A DNA stretch of 64,000 nt. Source: a virus (Duplodnaviria; Caudoviricetes). Positions within the stretch are counted from its first letter, which is position 1. The number at the start of each line of letters is the position of its first letter. The stretch spans positions 28,581 through 92,580 of IMG/VR virus record IMGVR_UViG_2706795930_000001. One strand, 5' to 3'. A program made the position numbers and the translations under genes. This document shows positions 55,973 through 64,000 of this stretch, in pieces. Below the pieces are notes generated by a model. That model was not told where the DNA came from. It saw only the letters and a program-made list of their open reading frames with translations, and searched no databases.

Positions 55973-58900
55973 TCAGAGATTGTCGAGCTCGTCGACTCCG
56001 GGCAGGGGATTCTCGTCATCGAGCCGGGACTGGTTCACAACCCACTCGCCATAGCCCAGGCGCGTCTCGTCATTCCAGACCTCACGACGCCAGTCCTCGA
56101 TCGGGTAGTCCGGATGCTCGATCCAGTTGTTCCAGCCGCCAGCCGGTTTCGTCATCAGAACATCCCCCGGATCTCGGCCTCGTACGGCCTGAAGTTGTTG
56201 ACGGCGCCCCAGTCGATGCCGGCTAGATCCGCCAGGTGCCTGAGGTTATTGAGCAGGTCGCCCATCGCGGTGGCGACCGACTCGTAGGGGTAGACGCCGG
56301 TGTGCTCCCCGAACGCTCGCAATCCGATGAGGCCGAACGCCGCCCGGGTCATGTTGTCCTCGGCGCACCGCCCGAAGTCACCCCAGATGCATTCCGTGTC
56401 GCGCTCGGCGTAGCCGTTGAGCGCACGTTCGACCTCATCGAACGACGCGCCGTCATCATCGGCGTCGTCGAGCTGCGCGGCGATCGAGTTGAGCTTGGAC
56501 GGTGTTTCGTGGTGGGACATTTCATTACCTCCAGGGTGAGTAATCGAGTGACAGCACGAGACAGGCAACGGTCGCACCGCAGACCAGCTTCACGTGAGTC
56601 ATGAACGGGGACTGCATGAAAGGGGAGTGCAGGAACATCTGCCAGCGGATCACCATGCGAGGGGCGCCGTGATCGGAGCGTCGCAGTCCTCGCAACCCTC
56701 GGGCGTGAGTTCCATGTCGCGACAGACCGGGCAGACCTCGCCGATGTCGGCATTGGGGTCATCAGGGTACCGGACGCACAGGGTCGCGAACGCCTCCTCC
56801 TCGGACCAGAAGTCGCCCGCTATCATCCCCTCGTCATTGAAGATGCCGTACTCGGTGGATGCCATCAGTTCCCGCCCTCCGTCCGAGGCGTGATGGTCAG
56901 CGAGTTGACGAAGAACCCGAGGGCCTCGATGGCTTCCCAGATCTCGTCGGCGTGATCCTCGGCCGTGTTTGGGGCCGAGGTGATGATCTCGATGTCCATG
57001 TCAGATCTCCCTGGAGTCGATGGTCGTGATGTCGTCGATGTGAGTCCCCGGCGCGAACCGCAGGCACAGCGCCTCCTGGGCCCGCTGTGCCGCCATCGAG
57101 CACGCGCCCTCGTAGTCGTCGTCGGGGTAGTAGCCCTCGACGGTCAGCTCGACCTGGAGGGTCACCGTGTGCCGGAGCTCGACCTCGGTGGTCTCATCGT
57201 CGATGTCGTTGTCGTGCATGGCTTTCTCCTAGAAGTTCTTCGCACCGCACAGGTCGCACGACCCGTCGGTGATCTGGTGTAGGCCGCCGGTCCGCAGATC
57301 GGGGCAGGGGGTTTCGATGCCGGGGAGGTAGAAGCGCTCCCACATGTGGATCAGCGTGCCGACGTTGTCGCCGTCGTACGCCTCGTACGCCTCCACGAAG
57401 TCGTTGAGCGTGGCCATGTCAGAAGTCGTAGTGCGCGGAGATCGCGCAGAAGAGGGGAATTTCGTCGTCGTCCTGCGCGGTGTAGCCGAGCGCGTCGTCG
57501 AATAGGCGCAACTCGCGGATGAACGGTTCGTTGCGCGGGTCCGATGACCTGCGCCCGAAGAACACTCGCGGGCCGAAGAAGGTCTCCGGATCGACGACAG
57601 CCAGTTCCTGGATCATGGTCAGTACCCCTCCGGCGTGAGCACTTCGAGGTCGAAGCCGTCGGCGGAACCCTCGGGCATGTCGGACACCTCGATACCCTCG
57701 CGGGTCAGACCGTCGAAACCGCTGTCCTCCAGCTCGGCGAGCCCGTTGGCGAAGTCGTAGTCATCAGGGTTGTCAGCGACCTCTTCGGGCACGAGGATCA
57801 TGCGCGAGTGCTGCGAGACCTCAGTCCAGGTGACGCACACGGCGCGCATCAGACAGCCGCCTTGCGAATCTGGGCGATGCGGACCGGCAGAACCTGGCCG
57901 TCGCCGTACTTCGCGATCCGGGCCTGCCTGCGCCGGATGGTCTCTGCTCGTGCCTCTTCGCGGGTGCGTCGTGCCATGATGACTTCCTCCTAGCTATAGG
58001 TTTGCGACCGTCGCAAACAACAAGACCCCCGACACCTGTTCGGGGGTCATGCAATTCGTGCGGTCAGGCTTCGGTTGTGACGACCAGATCCTCGGCGCGG
58101 TTCAGGTAGGTCGGATACCAGTCGACCACGATCTCGCCGTTCAGGTCGATGTGGACAACGCGCCCCCGGTGCCAACCGTGAGCTTCCTCGACCTCATCGC
58201 CGACTCGGATGTCGTGGGGCATCATGCGAGACCCGCCATCTCCAGCACGTCATTCCAGCCAGCCTGGTCGATGTCGAAGTAGGTCATCAGCCCGACCGCG
58301 TCATGACAGCTCGCGAAGATCAGGCGACCGTCGTCGAGCTTGTACAGGTAGTACTCCATCTCCAGCTCGGGGCTGTAGGCGTACTCGTCGTACTCGGCAT
58401 CTTCGATCTCAGCCGGGGTGCGGATGCCTCGTCGGGAGATCATGCTGCCTTCGCCTCTCGAATCTGCGCCGAGACCTGCTCGATCGCCCACTTGAGCTCG
58501 CTCACAACCTCGCTGATCACGTACTCGTCGCCGACAAAGCCCCACACCGATGAGTCGATGACGTCGCCAAGCGGGCTCTCCAGGGTGATGACGTAGCCAT
58601 AGACCTCGCCGTCCCAGTACTTCTCCATTTCGTCGGCGACGCCGTTCTCCTCGACCCCGGCCGGCATCACCGAGATGACAGGCAGCCAGTCACTCGGCCC
58701 CTCGCCACTGAACGTGCGGAACTCGACGTTGAGACCCAGCAGCTCGCCGTACCGGGTCAGCACCCTGTGGACGTAGTCGCGGTCGATGCAGTACTCCCTG
58801 TGGTCGGGGTAGATGCGCTCCACCGCCCGCTGAAACGCGGCCAGAGACTCGTTGTGCTCGTCGTACAGGTCGGTGCAGGTGTAGTTCGCCGACTGCGACC

Positions 58901-59640
58901 CCGGCTCGATGAACAGGGCAACCGCGCAGCTCTCCATGTCGCCGCAGATGTCCTGCCAGGTGTGATCGGTGTCGCGGATGACCTCGACCCGCCCGATGTC
59001 ACCCGACCCGAACATGCCCGACAGGCGATTGACGTCGACCCCGGTCAGGGTTGACAAGGTCTCGGGCGTGAGGTCGAGAACGTAACCCTCGCCGGTGAAG
59101 TCGAACTCGTACAGATGCATGATTCCTCCTATGTCGCGACCATCGCAGACAACAAAGGGCACGAGACTTGCTCGTGCCCAATGCAATCGGTGTGGTCGAT
59201 CAGCCGCGCACCATCGCGACCTTGCGCATGTTCACCGGCTTCCGAAGACTCACCTTCGGTCGCTTGATCAGACTCACTGCCATGTCACTCACCACCTTCC
59301 AGCTCGTCGATGCGATCGTTGACGTCCTGGAGATCCCAGGACAGCTGTTCGTGATTGCCGCTGCCCACGACTGCCCGTGACGCTCGGCGCTCCAGTTCCT
59401 CGCGCCACTCTCGCGCCTCGGCCAGGGTCATGTCGGCGACGTACATCAGATGCCCCCTCTCGCCTTGCCTAGTTCGCGTTTTAGCTGCTCTTTCATCCAC
59501 TGCCAGTGCCAGTCTCCGTAGCAGTCCCCGCTCTGGAAGTCCTCAAGGGCCGCCAAGGTTCCCACTCCCTCGTTTGTCCATATGTCGAGGAATGCGGCTA
59601 GGCCCTTATCCTTAAGCGATACCGCTTGGTCCTTGTGCAT
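55973..59640 (-). CDS. run of small hypothetical genes (55973-56155, 56155-56520, 56650-56865, 56865-56999, 57001-57219, 57229-57417, 57419-57616, 57619-57849, 57849-57977, 58064-58225, 58222-58443, 58440-59120, 59200-59283, 59285-59446, 59446-59640)
   Basis: Coupled starts/stops and SD sites checked by reading. Confidence 0.6.
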
Positions 59641-59641
59641 G

Positions 59642-60184
59642 TCAGTCGACGATCTCGTAGATGCGGCCGCCGTACTCGACGAAGTTGCCCTCGATGTCGA
59701 GGTCCCGGGCGAACGATTCGTAATCGAAGTACGTCTCGATGGTCTGCCTCACTGCCTCGTGGATCTCGGGCAGGATGAACTCGGATACGTGCTCACCGGC
59801 GACCTCTTCCATCGTGCTGCAACCGGTGTCGATGACGTCAGCCTCGGCGAAGCTGTCGGCGTAGTGCTCGCCGTGATGCTTGACGTAGGCGAAGTACAGG
59901 TCGGGCTCACCGCCCATCCGCTCGACGTGCGCCAAGACCTCCGAGATCGGGTCGTACTCGCCGATCTTGATCGGCCCAAACCCGTCGTAGTCGTGGATCG
60001 CGAACTCCTCGTGCGGCCCCGACCATTCGTTGACCTTGCGCAGTAGCTCATCGCCGCGAGCAAGGATCTCCTTGATCTTCGCGTAGACATCCTCGGCGTC
60101 GGTGTCGGCGTCCAGCTCGACCCACTCGCCGACCAGGTGACCCGCGTTGTATGCCGCGAGATCGGCAATCCAGATGCTGGGCAT
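59642..60184 (-). CDS. ardA: ArdA-like antirestriction protein
   Basis: IWIADLAAYNAGHLVGEWVEL, EEFAIHDYDGF, YFDYESFARDL; highly acidic. Confidence 0.9.
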   Translation of the reverse strand: MPSIWIADLAAYNAGHLVGEWVELDADTDAEDVYAKIKEILARGDELLRKVNEWSGPHEEFAIHDYDGFGPIKIGEYDPISEVLAHVERMGGEPDLYFAYVKHHGEHYADSFAEADVIDTGCSTMEEVAGEHVSEFILPEIHEAVRQTIETYFDYESFARDLDIEGNFVEYGGRIYEIVD

Positions 60185-60262
60185 TGTTCCTCCAGTTGTG
60201 TTGTGACTCATGCGAACAACGCACACGGCCAGACATGCTGGCCGCGACGCAATCGGCATGGA

Positions 60263-62460
60263 TCAGGGGAGAAGGGCGGAGTACTCCGCATGGTCGATCT
60301 CGGCGAAGATGTACCGGCGCATGATCTCGGCCGCATCGGTCGCCGACATGCCCGCCGGGACATCCTTCCCGTGGCCGAACATGAAATTGCCGATCAGCTT
60401 TGTGGGGATACCGAGATCGCGCACCCGCTGGGCAGCCTCCGGCCCCAGGTCGATCCATAGCTGCACCCGACCCACCGACTCCAGGTGCAGGACGTTGTAG
60501 CGCGTCGAGACGTTGTTGCGATCGAGGGTGAAGTCGGCAACAGGCGTGGGCATGATTCCTCCAGAATCGTTGGGAGAGTCTGCGATTGTTCGCGAGACAA
60601 CACGCGGACCCGTTACCATGAGAGACAGGCAACGGGTCCGATGCAATCAGGCGATCAGGCAGCGATTAGGGCGCGCTTGCGGAGATCGAGAGTCCTCGGC
60701 CGATACCCGCCGAGATGAACCACGCGGCCCGCTCGGCTCGCGATCCACTCGACGATCTCGTCGATGTGGAAGTTCACGTAGGACGAATCGACCATCTCGG
60801 GCCATTCGTCGGTCACGCCGGTCCCGTCGAATGCGACGCTCTCCAGGAGGTCGAGCACACCGTCGGCCAGGTTGAACTCGTCGATGCCGAGAGCGTCGGC
60901 CAGGGCGCTACGGGCATCCCGCCGAGCGTAGATGTCCCAGTGTTCGGCGATCTGTTCCATCTCGACTGTCGAGTACTCGTCGTCATCCAGGACCGGGTAA
61001 GCCTCCAGTGACCGGAGGACATCGACCAGGTCGTGAGGTGCGATCGAGTCGAGGTCGAGGGCGATGTGGTCCGAGCCGGAGTATGGCCCATCAGTCAGAC
61101 CCTCGCAGTCGGACCAGCGATCGGCGAGCACGCGATAGTTGCTGATGTCGATCACGTCCGCATAGCCGTGGACGTCCCGGCCCATCGTGTGGCGGAGGAC
61201 CAGGACCTCGACCTCGTCGACCGTGAAGTCCCGGAATCCGCGATCGTTGGTGAAGTGCTGGTAGCGGCGAGAGATCGCGAGATCGGCGAGATGGTCGACC
61301 GCCGTTGTCCAGCTGTCGCCGTAGGTCTCGACCATGACCTCGCGAACCGTCATCGCCTCGATCAGGACGCACGGATGGTCCCAGTAGTCGAGATCGCGGA
61401 GATCGCAGTACGAACGGATCGCGTCATCTTCGGTCCAGCCCTCGACAGGCGTGCCGCAAACCTTGAACATGATTCCTCCAGGTAGTGGGTTTGGAGAGTC
61501 CGTGTGGACAACACGCGGCCCGATGCGAGATCGGGCCCATGCAATGCACACGAGACAGGCAACAGTCAGGCGTAATCGAACATGAATCGGTATTCGAGTG
61601 TCCCGCTCAGCGGGGTGTCGATCGAGACGAACACCTCGTCGCGGCCATCGAGTACGTCATCCTCGAAGACCTCCACCGAGACAGTCGTCTCCTCGTCGTC
61701 GCGCATCTCCAGGTCGATCAGCATCGCCTCGCGAGTCGTGAGATGCTGCTGTCCCCAGCCCCAGCCAGCCTCGCGGTAGGCGACCCAGATCTCACCGCCG
61801 GTCGGGGCGAGCGATGCACGTAACGCGAAGTCGAGAGTCGAAGCGGCCATGATGGATACCTCCAGGTAGTGAGATGGATTGCCCGTGTGGACAACACGAG
61901 ACCCGCGATGGTGGACCACGGGCCTCATGCAAAGCACACGAGACAGGCAACAGGTCAGAGCGCGATTGTCGCCACCGGCGCGTTCCAGTCGGTGCGAACG
62001 TGCCGCGCCGGGCCCTGCAAGACTCGACCGCGATTGATCTGGTAATGGCGAGTCGCCAGGTGGCGGTAGAAAGCGCGCAGAGCGGGAGTGACATTCGTGC
62101 GAGATGAGTGACGAGCCATTTTTCCTCCAGTTGTGGCGAAGTGATACGAGACAGGCAACGCTGTCAGTATGCGGCAGCGAGAGCCGCCGCGAGAGCCTTA
62201 CGGTTGCGGATCGGTGCCGACGAGAGCACCCGACCGCCCTTTGTGCGAATCGTGACGAGACCAGCGGCGTCGACGCTGCCTTTCCCATGGAAGTCGGCCG
62301 AGATTTCGACAATCCGGCCGCCGTTGGTCTTGACCGTTTTCGAGGCGTGGAATTTCTGGACATCCAGGTGTCCACCTCGGCCGACACTGGTCGCAATGTT
62401 CGCAGACCAGCCCGTTTTCACGGCCCGATCACGTTCGATCTGAATCGCCTGACGTTTCAT
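60263..62460 (-). CDS. five hypothetical genes (60263-60553, 60655-61470, 61566-61850, 61955-62119, 62164-62460)
   Basis: The four genes ending at 60553-62119 have a CTGGAGG SD; 62164-62460 has AAAGGGGA. Confidence 0.65.
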
Positions 62461-62500
62461 AATGGTCCCCTTTGTTCCGAAAGTGACATTGTGCTTGCCA

Positions 62501-62550
62501 CTTTAGAGAGAGCGCCCATTGGAATTGTCACAATGGGCGCCACTCTAAAG
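62501..62550. other. long hairpin upstream of the leftward operon
   Basis: CTTTAGAG..GCGCCCATTG/CAATGGGCGC..CTCTAAAG. Confidence 0.6.
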
Positions 62551-62695
62551 ATTGACATGCGTAGTTGTTACACACTTTCACAGTTTGACCAGCACAAAGC
62601 TGGCAGCGTGTGGCGGATTACGCCGCCCGTCTGAAGTATTTTTTGCCGCTATTCTCCCCACGATAAGCAAGCCTAAATGCGGTCCCGATTAGTCA

Positions 62696-63170
62696 CACAA
62701 TCCACCCCTAATCAGGATTGTGCAGGTCTCGGTCGCAAAGCATGTTCGCATAGGCATCACTGCCTACATGCTGGCCCTACCGGCGTGAGTTGCGTCGACG
62801 TGGGTACCCGTTACCCGGACCGCGTGAACGGTCGGTGCAGGGGAGTCGGCGCGGTATCTCGCGGCACACTGTTGAGTTCTCAAGGATCACGTAGGCACGA
62901 CAGCTCAAGCACCGGGGAGTGACGCCGTGCCAGGTGTCACCCGGTGGTAGTTGATTGGTCCCCTGCACGCTTGCTAGGCGTGTCGCATCAGGTGCCGCGT
63001 TGGCCGACTACCAGCCGTGCGGAGTGAGGGATGACCGGGAACTGTCCCGGCCCGACCGTTGCGCGACTCTCGACTATCGGTGACCACACCTGCACACCTT
63101 GTGCAGGACGTTACTGGTCCGAACCGGTAGACCCTTGGCCGCTGGTCGGTAGGCGCCTAGGTAGGCGGTC
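62696..63170. ncRNA. candidate large multi-branched structured RNA (strand probably +)
   Basis: At least 10 mutually compatible nested helices found by eye; no credible ORF. Confidence 0.55.
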
Positions 63171-63177
63171 CCCGTGA

Positions 63178-63368
63178 CGTTGCGTGTCTCATGCGAGTCA
63201 CGTTAGCCGCTCTAGCGCTAGTGCGCAAGTCGCGGGTTGTGTTGCGTGTCATGGGGTCTCACCTGCCTTTCGGGTTGCTGGTCGGTTGCTGCGGTGACAT
63301 CAGACAACGGCACCGGGCCCAGGACGTCAAGCACGACCCCCGAAATCGGGCCCACGTTGCCTGTCTCG
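63178..63368 (+). promoter_or_regulatory. two 14-bp operator motifs near genome end
   Basis: CGTTGCGTGTCTCA 63178-63191; CGTTGCCTGTCTCG 63355-63368. Confidence 0.65.
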
Positions 63369-63491
63369 CGAGCCACCTGACCAGGCCAAATGAGGCCAAA
63401 TGTGACGCTCGTCACACCGCCCTGAGAACCAGCGTTCTCGGCTCGTTGTTACCGTTTCGTTACCGACTTCTGAGGGTGTCCTAAGTTCGGT

Positions 63492-63875
63492 GTTTCCGCA
63501 GGTCAGGGGCGGTTTTTGCCCTCGCGAGGCTCTGACCTGCACTTATGCCCTGTTCTCGCAGGTCAGACGCGGTTTTCGCACTAAAACCATGCCTGACCTG
63601 GGCAAACGAGGCATCGTCGCAGGTCAGGTACCCTAACGGTGCCTAAGCGGACCGCAACCGCGTCCGGCGAGTGCATCGCCGCAGGTCAGAGCGGGTGCGC
63701 AACCGGACCGCGCAGGTCAGGCGGCCGACGGGCGCCCGCGTGCCCAGTCGGTGCCCTGACCAGCGCAAACGTCGCATCGTCGCAGGTCACGGGCGGTTTT
63801 CGGGCTGCCTTAGGTGAGTGAGGAACACGCGCACGCGAGGGGAGCCGCGTTTCCGCAGGTCAGACGTGGTTTTCG
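63492..63875. repeat. cluster of about 10 (C)GCAGGTCA(G) repeats in both orientations
   Basis: Forward at 63497, 63557, 63618, 63680, 63711, 63781, 63854; reverse or degenerate at 63532, 63593, 63757. Confidence 0.85.
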
Positions 63876-64000
63876 GGCGGTCCGGGTGGCTGGAGGGTTG
63901 CGCCTACCGAAACTTGCAAGGGTGCCCTAACTTAGCCTGCCCTAACCGACCCGGGGGTGGGAGCCCCCTCCCCCCTGCGGCCCGCGGGCACGCAGCACTC

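Larger units (their letters stand above)
55896..61954 (-). repeat. seven dispersed intergenic TTGCAT-hairpin-TGTTGT-hairpin-SD elements (55896-55972, 57978-58063, 59121-59199, 60185-60262, 60554-60654, 61471-61565, 61851-61954)
   Basis: Manual alignment; conserved flanks with different but pairing stems. Confidence 0.8.

Noticed and set aside
55896-61954. Intergenic elements as canonical integron attC sites
   Set aside because: No consistent RYYYAAC...GTTRRRY ends, and the integrase looks like an ordinary phage Int with an arm-binding domain; kept only as a loose analogy
102-62396. Long antisense or alternate-frame ORFs (for example 1828-3060, 8331-9734, 12399-13619, 27573-28829, 44122-45291)
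   Set aside because: Shadow ORFs expected at high GC; they overlap genes with clear family motifs and are Arg/Pro/Ala-rich or mirror translations
62696-63170. Structured region as tmRNA, RNase P RNA or a group I/II intron
   Set aside because: No tRNA-like ends or tag ORF, no recognisable P4 or domain V consensus, and no interrupted gene

Overview
This window is about 64 kb of a high-GC temperate actinobacteriophage genome. The split lysin A, a lysis cassette inside the tail genes, WhiB, Lsr2, NrdH and a cutinase-type lysin B point to a mycolic-acid host such as Gordonia or Rhodococcus (inference). It appears to be the unintegrated genome, from the minor tail genes to close to a genome end. 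Layout: lysis and tail genes (1-10.9 kb, +); Lsr2 (-); an early rightward operon with exonuclease VII large and small subunits (11.8-18 kb); tRNA(CAT), putative attP and tyrosine integrase (18-20 kb); an HTH plus multi-TM pair; a leftward replication/recombination operon (21.7-35.8 kb); a divergent HTH switch (35.8-36.5 kb); a rightward RNA-repair/nucleotide-metabolism operon (36.5-50.5 kb); a Doc-type toxin-antitoxin pair; a leftward array of small, mostly acidic genes including ArdA (51-62.5 kb); and a non-coding end region. The most interesting signals are not in the ORF track: (1) four tandem SD-led mini-ORFs, each with a CCA-CCA diprolyl (RGPP, RDPP, RDPP, EEPP), directly abutting a hairpin upstream of lsr2; (2) seven intergenic elements with a fixed TTGCAT - variable stem - TGTTGT - second hairpin - SD architecture; (3) a roughly 480-nt multi-branched structured RNA candidate near the genome end; (4) about 20 copies of a 14-bp asymmetric operator; (5) a short anticodon-loop attP core beside a complete replacement tRNA. 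All protein family calls come from motif recognition by eye, not from database searches.
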